From the NCBI GenBank assembly GCA_902799285.1, contig CADCAA010000003.1, positions 38,215-102,214 on the forward strand: a DNA stretch of 64,000 bases, in the 5' to 3' direction. The position numbers were made by a program, and so were the translations under genes. The notes beneath the pieces are model-generated. The model saw nothing but the letters and a program-made list of their open reading frames with translations, had not been told where the DNA came from and did not search any database. This DNA comes from an uncultured Pseudomonadota bacterium. GTDB taxonomy: Bacteria; Pseudomonadota; Alphaproteobacteria; Rs-D84. Shown here piece by piece: positions 49,509 to 60,360 of the stretch; within the stretch, counting starts at the first letter, position 1, and every line of letters starts with the position of its first letter.

Positions 49509-52039
49509 TATTCCCCGAACAAAGATAATTGTGGAATTTCGTCCCGAACCTGTAATTTGGTTTTTGGTGCGGTCCGTGTCTTTGTAATTTTGATTTCGTT
49601 TTGTGAAACCTGTACACCATTGTTTTCCAGTTCGGTCAAAACATTTTCGGCACGCACAACCACAGATTCAGGCATACCGGCCATTTTTGCAACATGAATA
49701 CCATACGAACGATTCGCAACCCCTGGCACGATTTTATGCATAAATATAATTTCATTATTGTATTCACGCACATCAATGGTTAAACAAGAAACATTCGCCA
49801 ACGCGCCATTATTATCGCCAGCCAAAGCGGTCAATTCGTGATAATGTGTCGCAAACAAAGTCCGCGGGGTTAAATTGTTCAAAAATTCCAACACCGCTTG
49901 GGCAATTGCCATACCGTCATACGTTGCGGTTCCGCGCCCAATTTCATCGAATATAATAAACGAACGATTTGTTGCGCGCCGCAGAATATTTGCCGTTTCA
50001 GCCATTTCGACCATAAATGTTGATTGTCCCGCCGCCAAATTGTCGGATGCACCAACACGACTGAATAATTGGTCGCATACACCAATCGTCGCAGATTGTG
50101 CCGGCACAAAAGATCCCAAATGCGCCAACACCGCGATTAATGCATTTTGTCGCAAATATGTGGACTTTCCGGCCATATTTGGCCCGGTAATCAGTGCGAT
50201 TTTTTTATCCGTCAAATCACAATCGTTTTTAACAAAGTTATCACCCGTTTTACGCAACACACTTTCAATCACAGGATGCCGTCCGCCGACGATATTAAAT
50301 TCAGTGCCATTTGTTATGTGCGGACAAACCCAATCATATTCAACCGCAACCAATGCCAAGGCCGCCCATACATCCAAATCCGCCAATAAATCCGCAGTCG
50401 CCAATAAATCATCAGAGATATTGCGAATATCATCAATAAATTTGTTGATAATTTCTTCCTCGATACCGGCGGCTTTTTCTGTGGCACTGCGAATATCATT
50501 GTCCAAATCAATCAGTTGCGCGGTTGTAAAACGCATATTTCCCGCCAAAGTTTGACGATGTATAAATCCGGATTCCGGTTTCATCATATTGTCGGCGCGG
50601 GTTGACGGAACCTCGATAAAATAACCCAATATATTATTGAATTTGATTTTCAGTGTATGAATACCGGTTTGTTCAATGTATTGCGCCTGTAATTCAGCAA
50701 TGGTCCCACGCGCACCATGCGATAATTCGCGCATTTTATCCAAACCCAAATCAAACCCATCACGAATCACATTTCCATCACGGAAAAAAGTCGGCAATTC
50801 ATCGGCCAACGCACGCTTTAACTTTGCCGCCAATTCATCATGCGTTCCTATTGTACCTAAACGCGTCGCAAAGTCCGCATCCAACGTGCACGCCATCATT
50901 TTTGCATTTGGCAAATTCAGCATAAAATCACGTATGTGCACCATATCGCGTGGCGTTCCACGTCCGGCGGTCAGTCGTGCCAAACTGCGTCCTACATCCG
51001 GCATAGACGCCAAAAAATGCGCAACACTCAGCATTGTGTCATTATTAGACACAAAATGTGCAATATGCATCTGGCGCATTTTTATTTCATCAATATTGCC
51101 CGATAATGCACGCATATATGCACGCAGTTTTCGCGCCCCCGCGGCGGTCTTGGTTTTATCCAAAACATCAATCAAACACACGCCGCCTGCATTTATTGGT
51201 GCGTCTATTTCCAAACTTTTCCATGTCGCAGAATCAATCAAAACCTGGCTATCATTTTTGAATTGCCGCGGCGCGCGGAAAGTTGTTGCCGCCCCACGTT
51301 GAGTATTGAATAAATACCCCGCCAACAAATATGTCGCATTATCCATATTTTCAGATTGCGCATCATTAACAACACCACCAAACACGCGCGCGACAATTTG
51401 CGTGATGTCCGAACGAATATATAACTTTTCATAAACCGGCGTAGTTTTGAAAATTGTGCGCAGATGAAATATAGTATCATGTTCCGCATGTGACGCGGGA
51501 TAAATAACCTCGGCCGGATTTAATCGTACCAAATCATCAATCAAATCGGCGGTTTGCCCAACAAAAAATTCACCGGTCGAAATATCGCAACCCGCAATAT
51601 CAAATTTAGAATTTGCGATTGGCACCACCGCGACCAAAAAATTCGCAGTTTTTGGATTTAACAAATTTTCATCCGTCAGTGTCCCCGGTGTCAAAACACG
51701 CACAATTTTGCGTTCAATAAATTTATGACCGCGCTGCTTTGCCTGGGCGGGCGTTTCCATTTGTTCAACCAATGCAACTTTGAACCCGGATTTAACCAAC
51801 CGCCCGAAATAATTATCGGCCGCATGCCACGGAATCCCGCACATAGGAATGTTTGCGCCGGTATCATCCGTCCCGCGTTTTGTCAACACCAGGCTTAACG
51901 CATTACTAATTATTTTCGCATCATCAAAGAAAGCCTCGTAAAAATCACCCAAACGAAACAGCAACAATGCATCCGGATTTTCCGACTTCATATCTAAATA
52001 CTGTTGCATCACAGGTGAAAGTTTGTTTTTGTCCGCCAC
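49508..52039 (-). CDS. mutS: DNA mismatch repair protein MutS
   Basis: Walker A GPNMAGKST, TFMVEM and the DEIGRGT motif. 843 aa. Confidence 0.95.
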   Translation of the reverse strand: MADKNKLSPVMQQYLDMKSENPDALLLFRLGDFYEAFFDDAKIISNALSLVLTKRGTDDTGANIPMCGIPWHAADNYFGRLVKSGFKVALVEQMETPAQAKQRGHKFIERKIVRVLTPGTLTDENLLNPKTANFLVAVVPIANSKFDIAGCDISTGEFFVGQTADLIDDLVRLNPAEVIYPASHAEHDTIFHLRTIFKTTPVYEKLYIRSDITQIVARVFGGVVNDAQSENMDNATYLLAGYLFNTQRGAATTFRAPRQFKNDSQVLIDSATWKSLEIDAPINAGGVCLIDVLDKTKTAAGARKLRAYMRALSGNIDEIKMRQMHIAHFVSNNDTMLSVAHFLASMPDVGRSLARLTAGRGTPRDMVHIRDFMLNLPNAKMMACTLDADFATRLGTIGTHDELAAKLKRALADELPTFFRDGNVIRDGFDLGLDKMRELSHGARGTIAELQAQYIEQTGIHTLKIKFNNILGYFIEVPSTRADNMMKPESGFIHRQTLAGNMRFTTAQLIDLDNDIRSATEKAAGIEEEIINKFIDDIRNISDDLLATADLLADLDVWAALALVAVEYDWVCPHITNGTEFNIVGGRHPVIESVLRKTGDNFVKNDCDLTDKKIALITGPNMAGKSTYLRQNALIAVLAHLGSFVPAQSATIGVCDQLFSRVGASDNLAAGQSTFMVEMAETANILRRATNRSFIIFDEIGRGTATYDGMAIAQAVLEFLNNLTPRTLFATHYHELTALAGDNNGALANVSCLTIDVREYNNEIIFMHKIVPGVANRSYGIHVAKMAGMPESVVVRAENVLTELENNGVQVSQNEIKITKTRTAPKTKLQVRDEIPQLSLFGE

Positions 52040-52051
52040 GAGATTCAGCCC

Positions 52052-52279
52052 CTAATCAGAAATTTTCAATGTTTCAATTTTCAATTCGGCTTCTTTTAAT
52101 AACTGTTCACAATATGCCTTTAATTTAATACCTTGCTCGTACGCGGCAACAGAATCCGCCAGCGGCAATTCCCCAGATTCCATTTTTTTAACCAATTCAG
52201 TCAGTTGTTTATATGCTTCTTCAAATGTCAATTTTTTTTCATCCACCATCCCTTGCCCCTTTTTCGTTTTATAAATCAA
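52052..52279 (-). CDS. xseB: Exodeoxyribonuclease VII small subunit
   Basis: LTFEEAYKQLTELVKKMESGELPLADSVAAYEQGIKL is typical of XseB. The alternative start MVDEKKL is at 52249. Confidence 0.8.
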   Translation of the reverse strand: MIYKTKKGQGMVDEKKLTFEEAYKQLTELVKKMESGELPLADSVAAYEQGIKLKAYCEQLLKEAELKIETLKISD

Positions 52280-53702
52280 TATCCCACGTTGTGCCGTTCG
52301 GCGTATCCTTTAATACAATCCCGTGTGCCAACAAATCCGCACGCACCCGGTCCGCGGTTGCCCAATCTTTGTTCTGTTTAGCAATCAACCGTTCATCAAT
52401 TGATTTTTTAATATCGCCCACGGTCAACCCAGATTTTGCCAAAACATTTTCCTTGATATCATTGACATAATCCACCGGATTTTTTTGCAGAATATTTAAC
52501 ACGCTGAATAATTCCACGATTTTGCCCGCAATGCGTTTCAAATCATATGCGGTTGATTTTTTTGCCAATTCAGTATTTATAAAATTAAACCAACCAAACG
52601 CCGCCGCTATAACTTCCAAAGTGTTAAAATTATCGTTCATCGCGCGTTCAAATTCACCAACAATTTCGGTAATTTTTGCATCTGTTTTTGCAACGTCGGC
52701 ATCCGCAAAATCGCGCGCCATAACGGTCGCACATGCCGAATACATTTTGTAAATATGTTTGCGCGATTCCGGCAACAAAGAATCTGTGATATCAATGTCG
52801 GCCGAATAAGTATTCCGCAACAATGCAAACCGAATTGTATCAGCATCAAATTTTGCCAAAACATCTTTTAATAAAATTCCGTTGCCCAAAGATTTACTCA
52901 TCTTTTGGCCATTTACTTTGACCAGTCCACAGTGAATCCAATATTTTGCAAATTGTTTACCTGTGACGGATTCAGTTTGTGCAATTTCATTTTCGTGATG
53001 CGGAAACACCAAATCGCGCCCACCACCGTGAATATCAATTTGGTCACCCAAATATTTCATATTCATCGCACTGCATTCAATGTGCCAACCCGGTCGGCCC
53101 ATACCCCACGGCGATTTCCATGCAATTTCCCCGGGCTTGGCCGATTTCCATAACGCAAAATCCAAATCGTTTTGTTTGCCGGGTTCGGTATCTTTGCGAA
53201 CGCCAGTGTCGTTTTTATCAACCTGGATATGTGATAATTTTCCGTATTCAGCAAAACTGTCCAATTTGAAATACACATCACCATATGGCGACACATACGC
53301 ATGCCCAGAATCAATCAATTTTTGAACAAAGTTTATAATATCATCAATGCACATCGTCGCGCGTGCCATAATCGTCGGCCGAGCATTTCCCAATGCATCC
53401 ATTTCCGTATCTGTTTGCGCCATATATTTTTCGGCAAATGCAATTGGGTCTGCACCGGCACGTGCCGCATTCGCAATAATTTTATCGTCCACATCTGTAT
53501 AGTTGCGAACATATTTAACCGCATAACCCAGATATTGCAGGTACCGTGTAATAACATCAAACACAACCGATTGATAGGCATGCCCAATATGCGCATCCCC
53601 CGATACCGTAATTCCACAGGCATACATTTTAACCACGCCCGGTGTCAAAGGGATAAATTCTTCCTTGGATCTAGATAAAACATTATAAACTTTTAACGTC
53701 AT
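52269..53702 (-). CDS. cysS: Cysteinyl-tRNA synthetase
   Basis: HIGH (GDAHIGHAY), KMSKS, and a zinc-binding Cys. Confidence 0.95.
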   Translation of the reverse strand: MTLKVYNVLSRSKEEFIPLTPGVVKMYACGITVSGDAHIGHAYQSVVFDVITRYLQYLGYAVKYVRNYTDVDDKIIANAARAGADPIAFAEKYMAQTDTEMDALGNARPTIMARATMCIDDIINFVQKLIDSGHAYVSPYGDVYFKLDSFAEYGKLSHIQVDKNDTGVRKDTEPGKQNDLDFALWKSAKPGEIAWKSPWGMGRPGWHIECSAMNMKYLGDQIDIHGGGRDLVFPHHENEIAQTESVTGKQFAKYWIHCGLVKVNGQKMSKSLGNGILLKDVLAKFDADTIRFALLRNTYSADIDITDSLLPESRKHIYKMYSACATVMARDFADADVAKTDAKITEIVGEFERAMNDNFNTLEVIAAAFGWFNFINTELAKKSTAYDLKRIAGKIVELFSVLNILQKNPVDYVNDIKENVLAKSGLTVGDIKKSIDERLIAKQNKDWATADRVRADLLAHGIVLKDTPNGTTWDIDL

Positions 53703-53719
53703 AATAGTCAGTCCTTAAT

Positions 53720-53750
53720 TGCACTTTGAACTTTATACTTTGAACTTTGG
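53720..53750. repeat. Heptamer tract TGCACTT-TGAACTT-TATACTT-TGAACTT
   Basis: Read directly, in the region upstream of cysS. Confidence 0.8.
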
Positions 53751-53754
53751 TACT

Positions 53755-53827
53755 CCGGGCCCCGCAAAATTGTCAAATTTTGTGGGTGGATTCCGGGCCC
53801 CGCAAAATTGTCAAATTTTGTGGGTGG
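53755..53827. repeat. Two tandem 35-nt units (CCGGGCCCCGCAAAATTGTCAAATTTTGTGGGTGG), each with an internal palindrome CAAAATT-GTC-AATTTTG
   Basis: Exact copies at 53755-53789 and 53793-53827, lying between the mreB stop and the cysS start. They are not followed by T tracts. Confidence 0.8.
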
Positions 53828-53829
53828 TA

Positions 53830-55342
<1,513 letters not shown>

Positions 55343-55362
<20 letters not shown>

Positions 55363-55579
55363 ATCTGTCCGATTTGGTGTTTGGTTGGTGAAATGCTATC
55401 AATCGTGCATATCGCCGTTTATTGGCGGCCGTTGTGCATGCCGTTTTTCCCCCACGTGCAGCGAATATACCAAACAATCAATTGAAAAATATGGATTGCG
55501 TCGTGGTGTAATTATGGGAATAAAAAGGATTGCCCGTTGTCGTCCGGGTGGTGGGTTTGGATACGACCCGGTACCTTGA
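55343..55579 (+). CDS. yidD: Membrane protein insertion efficiency factor YidD
   Basis: CRFSPTCSEY and GGGFGYDPVP motifs. Confidence 0.8.
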
Positions 55580-55660
55580 CTTTTGGCGTATTTATGATAA
55601 AATTCAAATAAAAACGCACACAAATAAATGTATGTAAAATGTATTAAAAAGGATTAAAAG

Positions 55661-56104
55661 ATGTCATTTCGTGCAACCGTTGAATCTATGTCAAAAATCA
55701 TGGACGATATGGGAATAACTGAACTGGATTTGGAACGTCAATTTTTGTTTGGCGTGTATCGTAAACATATTCATTTGTCCAAAGGTGCAACGGCCGTTGC
55801 AATGCCAACATTTCCTGCGGATAAAAATGTTAAAAATTCTGGCACAAATTCTGCCGCTGCCCGTGATTATACAAACGCGTTGAAATCACCAATGGTTGGT
55901 GTTGTGTATTTGGCGACCGAACCGGGCGCAAAACCATTTGTTCGTGTTGGTGATACTGTGCACGCGGGCGATACCGTTGCGTTGGTCGAGGCTATGAAAA
56001 CCTTTAACCCGATTAAGGCAACCACCGACGGTGTTGTCAAAGAAATTTTGGTCACCGATGCCCAGGCGGTTGAATTTGACCAACCTTTAATTGTTATTGA
56101 GTAA
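55661..56104 (+). CDS. accB: Biotin carboxyl carrier protein AccB
   Basis: Biotinylation motif EAMKT and a lipoyl-like C-terminal domain. Confidence 0.85.
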   Translation: MSFRATVESMSKIMDDMGITELDLERQFLFGVYRKHIHLSKGATAVAMPTFPADKNVKNSGTNSAAARDYTNALKSPMVGVVYLATEPGAKPFVRVGDTVHAGDTVALVEAMKTFNPIKATTDGVVKEILVTDAQAVEFDQPLIVIE

Positions 56105-56108
56105 TAAA

Positions 56109-57509
56109 ATGTCTCAGATTAAAAAAGTTTTAATTGCCAATCGTGGTGAAATTGCATTGCGTATAATTCGTGCATGTCGCGATATGGGCATACGAACCGT
56201 TGCTGTGTATTCTACGGCGGACAAAAACGCGATGCACACACAATTGGCGGACGAAAGCGTGTGCATTGGTCCGGCGCCATCGCGTGATTCTTACCTGAAT
56301 GAATCTGCGATTTTAACGGCGGCATTATTGACCAACGCGGATGCAATTCATCCTGGATATGGTTTTTTATCTGAAAACGCGGGCTTTGCGCGCAAGGTTG
56401 AATCCCACGGTATGATTTGGATTGGGCCATCACCCGATATGATTGTCCGCATGGGGGACAAGGTTAACGCCAAAAAAACGGCCATCGCATGCGGATTGCC
56501 GGTTGTGCCGGGTTCCGATGGTGCTGTAAATTCATTGGACGATGCCAAGGCTTGCGCTGAAAAAATCGGGTACCCCGTTATGTTAAAGGCCGCATCTGGC
56601 GGTGGTGGTCGTGGAATTCGTGCGGTGTATAAAGCTGATGATTTGCCCGAGGCTTTCGCAACCACCCGGGCCGAGGCCAAGGCCGGATTCGGCGACGAAA
56701 CATTATATATGGAAAAATTATTGCTGCATCCGCGTCATATTGAATTCCAAATTTTGGGCGATAAACACGGTAATGTTGTTGTGCTGGGTGAACGCGATTG
56801 TTCATTGCAACGCAAAAATCAAAAGGTTATCGAAGAATGCCCTGCGGCAATATTGTCACAAAAACAACGCGACGATATGATTGAAATTTGCAAAACTGCC
56901 GCTAAAAAAATGGGGTATTTCAGTACCGGCACATTTGAATTTATGTTCGAAGACGGCAAGTTTTATTTCTTGGAAACAAATACGCGTTTACAGGTCGAAC
57001 ACCCCGTGACTGAAATGGTTTATGGTATTGACTTGGTGCGCGAACAAATTCGTGTCGCGGCGGGCGAAAGATTGGGCTATACCCAGGCAAACATTGTCCC
57101 ACACGGCCACGCGATTGAATTCCGTATAAATGCCGAAGACCCGGATACATTTATTCCAAATCCGGGGACCATATCGTTGTATGCCCCATCTGGCGGATTG
57201 GGCGTGCGTGTGGATTCGGCGGCCTATACGGGATATACAATTCCGCCAACATACGATTCTATGATTGCGAAATTGATTGTGCACAACACATCGCGCGCAA
57301 CATGCATAATGCGTGCAACGCGTGCGCTGGACGAATTTGTAATCGAAGGCGTCAAAACCACAATTCCATTACATAAAAGATTGTTAAACAATCGTGATTT
57401 TCGCCAGTTGAATTTTGATAATCATTGGTTGGAACAATATTTATCTGCGGCACCAAACCCGGATGATGAAATTGTCCCGGACCAGGAACCAGAACCCCAG
57501 GATAAATAA
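56109..57509 (+). CDS. accC: Biotin carboxylase AccC
   Basis: KVLIANRGEIA, ATP-grasp motifs and a match throughout. Confidence 0.95.
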   Translation: MSQIKKVLIANRGEIALRIIRACRDMGIRTVAVYSTADKNAMHTQLADESVCIGPAPSRDSYLNESAILTAALLTNADAIHPGYGFLSENAGFARKVESHGMIWIGPSPDMIVRMGDKVNAKKTAIACGLPVVPGSDGAVNSLDDAKACAEKIGYPVMLKAASGGGGRGIRAVYKADDLPEAFATTRAEAKAGFGDETLYMEKLLLHPRHIEFQILGDKHGNVVVLGERDCSLQRKNQKVIEECPAAILSQKQRDDMIEICKTAAKKMGYFSTGTFEFMFEDGKFYFLETNTRLQVEHPVTEMVYGIDLVREQIRVAAGERLGYTQANIVPHGHAIEFRINAEDPDTFIPNPGTISLYAPSGGLGVRVDSAAYTGYTIPPTYDSMIAKLIVHNTSRATCIMRATRALDEFVIEGVKTTIPLHKRLLNNRDFRQLNFDNHWLEQYLSAAPNPDDEIVPDQEPEPQDK

Positions 57510-57511
57510 CA

Positions 57512-57808
57512 ATGGCAAAAGATATAGATATCATTAAAACAAATATCAGTAATGGCACATGGAACACTGCATTGGAAAAATGGGGCAATATGGGTGTGCA
57601 ACCGTTCCCCAGCACGTCATTCTGTGGTTTTTGCCATATACGCAGTTTTGAACCCAATGGGGTACCAAAAATAGAATACAAATTAAAAATCGTATGGAAT
57701 AAACCGGTTGAATTATTCGGCCCCGTTGACGGCAAAGTCAAAAAATCTGAATTGTCTGATTTATGGTCTTTTATCTCTGGCCTGGAAATCAAGAAAAGAC
57801 AAAGATAA
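57512..57808 (+). CDS. Hypothetical small protein
   Basis: 98-aa ORF 3 nt after accC. No family recognised. Confidence 0.35.
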   Translation: MAKDIDIIKTNISNGTWNTALEKWGNMGVQPFPSTSFCGFCHIRSFEPNGVPKIEYKLKIVWNKPVELFGPVDGKVKKSELSDLWSFISGLEIKKRQR

Positions 57809-57934
57809 AAACACACCAAATTCGTCGAAACAAAAACGTCCAACGGGTTGATTGGACTAGGTTTTTATTGACAATTGTTGGTTTTGTGATATTCTTCAAG
57901 TCAAAGTAAACAAATATAAAAAGGTTTTTTTGCT

Positions 57935-58399
57935 ATGACTGAAAAAGATGAAACGCTCATAGAATATATAAATATGTGCAAGGATATTGTGCACAATGTT
58001 AATTACAAAATATCCCAGGGACAACCTGTGGATGTGGTTTTTGAGAAAAAAATACATAAGCACGTCGGACATGAAAGTTTTGTTGCAAAACAAAAAGACA
58101 GATTGCGTCCAAACGAAAATTATTTTCAAACGATTTTCGAGGCACGTTTTTCTCATGCTCCGCTAACATTATATTTTTTTCAAGTCGGTGATACGGTGTT
58201 CCACGTTGCGGATTTTGTATCAAACGAAGGTGCGCGTTTGCACAATGAACTTAACAGTTATTTTCGCGTAATGGATAAAACAAATCAAGAAAAGAGAGAA
58301 CAGGCCAGAGCAGACCGCCAGAAAGCCCTGTGCGAGGCAGAATATCAAAAAGAACAAAATGCCCGTATGTTATTAGAAAACGTCCTTAATACATTATAA
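57935..58399 (+). CDS. Hypothetical protein
   Basis: 154-aa ORF with a Lys/Glu-rich C-terminus. Confidence 0.4.
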   Translation: MTEKDETLIEYINMCKDIVHNVNYKISQGQPVDVVFEKKIHKHVGHESFVAKQKDRLRPNENYFQTIFEARFSHAPLTLYFFQVGDTVFHVADFVSNEGARLHNELNSYFRVMDKTNQEKREQARADRQKALCEAEYQKEQNARMLLENVLNTL

Positions 58400-58442
58400 A
58401 AAAACCGCCATTTCGGCGGTTCTTTTTTGTAATACAATCGGC

Positions 58443-59066
58443 CTAGAATCCTTTTGGTGTGGACATTTTAACAGTCGACACTTTTTTGTTTAATGCCTTG
58501 ACCACGTCATCTGTGATGTCCAGATTTTCAACATTTGCGCCGGTACGAGCAAAACGACCATCAATAACCAAAGACAAATTTTTCTTTGCAATTATGCCTT
58601 CGATAATCGGGTCCAAATGTTTTTCTTGGATATCGGCCAAAGCACGCTGATATGATTCTTCGATGCTTTGTGCGCGTTCTGTTAAACTGCGTTGCAAATT
58701 TGCAACACGTTTTTGATAATCAACAACGCGACGTTGCAAAGCCTCGGGCGACAAAACATCCTGTGATTTTTCAATTTCTGCCTTTTCTTTTTCCAATATT
58801 TTTTGTTCAGATGTTAATTCATCGCGCAATTTCTTTTCATAATTTTCTTTCTTTGCACGCAATTCTTTCAAAGCCGCCGAATCAGTTTGCACGGCATCCA
58901 TACGAATAACCGCAATACGCATATCTGCGCCGGTGATTGCGTTTTCGGATACTTCGGAAATGGCCTCGTTCACTGTGACCTCGTGCCGCATAGATGCCAC
59001 CGCCCATATGCCCAATTTTATAGTTTTTAATTGTGATGTTATTTGTGTTTGCTTTTGCCATATCAT
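58443..59066 (-). CDS. Skp/OmpH-family periplasmic chaperone-like protein with an atypical N-terminus
   Basis: ADMRIAVIRMDAV... and a long coiled coil match Skp. The first ~45 aa lack a convincing signal peptide. Confidence 0.5.
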   Translation of the reverse strand: MIWQKQTQITSQLKTIKLGIWAVASMRHEVTVNEAISEVSENAITGADMRIAVIRMDAVQTDSAALKELRAKKENYEKKLRDELTSEQKILEKEKAEIEKSQDVLSPEALQRRVVDYQKRVANLQRSLTERAQSIEESYQRALADIQEKHLDPIIEGIIAKKNLSLVIDGRFARTGANVENLDITDDVVKALNKKVSTVKMSTPKGF

Positions 59067-59151
59067 CCTTCCTTTTTTTGTTAATTTGTTATATGGTTAA
59101 TTGCACTATAACAACAAAAATTTGAAAATAAAAGGGAATATTTTTCTTTAA

Positions 59152-59204
59152 TTGCACTTTGAACTTTGCCTGTCCCACGAAGTTTTAACGCAGTGGAAAA
59201 CTTT
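59152..59204. repeat. Heptamers TGCACTT-TGAACTT fused to copy B of the 45-nt element (59160-59204)
   Basis: GAACTTTGCCTGTCCCACGAAGTTTTAACGCAGTGGAAAACTTTG, 42/45 identical to 33642-33686. Confidence 0.7.
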
Positions 59205-59205
59205 G

Positions 59206-59871
59206 TTAACGGGCTGGTGCAATACGAATTTCAATTCTGCGATTGGTCAATCGGCCGATGCTGTCCTGGGCGGCGATTGGTCGCGCAGACCCGCGTCCCA
59301 CAATAAACATCCTTGCCGGTTTAATTTCATGACGCGATAAAAATACACCAACGCGTTCAGCCATATCCAACGACATACGGCGCGCGGCATCCGCATCACG
59401 CATCGCATCGGTATATCCCGCAATTTCCAAATATGTCGCATTATATTTGCGTAATATTCGTGCCACAGTATTTAATATGCCCGTTCCATTTTTAGAAATG
59501 TCCCCTGCATCGCGTTGTATAATTGCATCACGCACCAAAATCACAACAACATCGGTTCCTGCGCGTTCCACAGAAACGCCGGCCGTCCGCAAAGAATCAT
59601 ATAATTCATATTCTAATTCAGACATATAACGCACGCCGACCATATTGTCATTTTCCGCCTTGTCGCCATATTCCATTTTTTTATTGTCCGATGTTAATGT
59701 TTTGCCGCCACTGCCCAAATACACCGGCCGCTTTGCAATTTTAGATGTTTCCGTCATATCCATAAAACTGGCGCCGTTCAGATAATAATCCCATGTTGCG
59801 TGATCGGGGCTGACATATCCCGTACACGCCGACAAACAACACAACAAAATAAAAAACTTTGCGAATTTCAT
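59206..59871 (-). CDS. OmpA-family lipoprotein (C-terminal peptidoglycan-binding domain)
   Basis: Lipobox LSACTG and a C-terminal OmpA-like domain (GYTD...NRRIEIR). Confidence 0.7.
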   Translation of the reverse strand: MKFAKFFILLCCLSACTGYVSPDHATWDYYLNGASFMDMTETSKIAKRPVYLGSGGKTLTSDNKKMEYGDKAENDNMVGVRYMSELEYELYDSLRTAGVSVERAGTDVVVILVRDAIIQRDAGDISKNGTGILNTVARILRKYNATYLEIAGYTDAMRDADAARRMSLDMAERVGVFLSRHEIKPARMFIVGRGSARPIAAQDSIGRLTNRRIEIRIAPAR

Positions 59872-59872
59872 T

Positions 59873-60331
59873 TTACTCGACAATAATTGATATTAAATTC
59901 CGTGGTGCGCTCAGACAACTCTCACTCCCGCTGTTTTCAATTTTATTCACAGAAATTTTGCTGGCCCAATCTAATTTTTTTGTTGCGAAATAAACACATT
60001 CACTATTGGTCAAATTTGTTAAATTGATTGCAAAACCCTTGCCGTCCAGGTTTGCATCAACAGACCAATCATCGCCACCAATTGGTGCTGCATCTGATGT
60101 AATTGCGCCGGCCTTAATCAAATAATCGACCGACACACCGGAATAATCGGCACGCGCCTCTAATAAAATTTTGGTGTTTCGTGCAATTTGTTCCAATTCA
60201 GATACGGCCATATTGCGAATTTGATTTGTGCGCAACATATTGTATGTGCCGTACGCCGCCGCAGTCATCACCGCACCAACCGCCAATACGCCCAACATTT
60301 CAATCAGTGAACGTCCCGATTCTGATTTCAT
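59873..60331 (-). CDS. Prepilin-like protein (type IV pilin / TadE-like pseudopilin N-terminus, C-terminal Cys pair)
   Basis: MKSESG|RSLIEMLGVLAVGAVM has Glu at +5 after the Gly, then a hydrophobic helix. Two Cys near the C-terminus. Confidence 0.5.
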   Translation of the reverse strand: MKSESGRSLIEMLGVLAVGAVMTAAAYGTYNMLRTNQIRNMAVSELEQIARNTKILLEARADYSGVSVDYLIKAGAITSDAAPIGGDDWSVDANLDGKGFAINLTNLTNSECVYFATKKLDWASKISVNKIENSGSESCLSAPRNLISIIVE

Positions 60332-60360
60332 AAATTCTCTCCTTAAATTATATATGTTTA

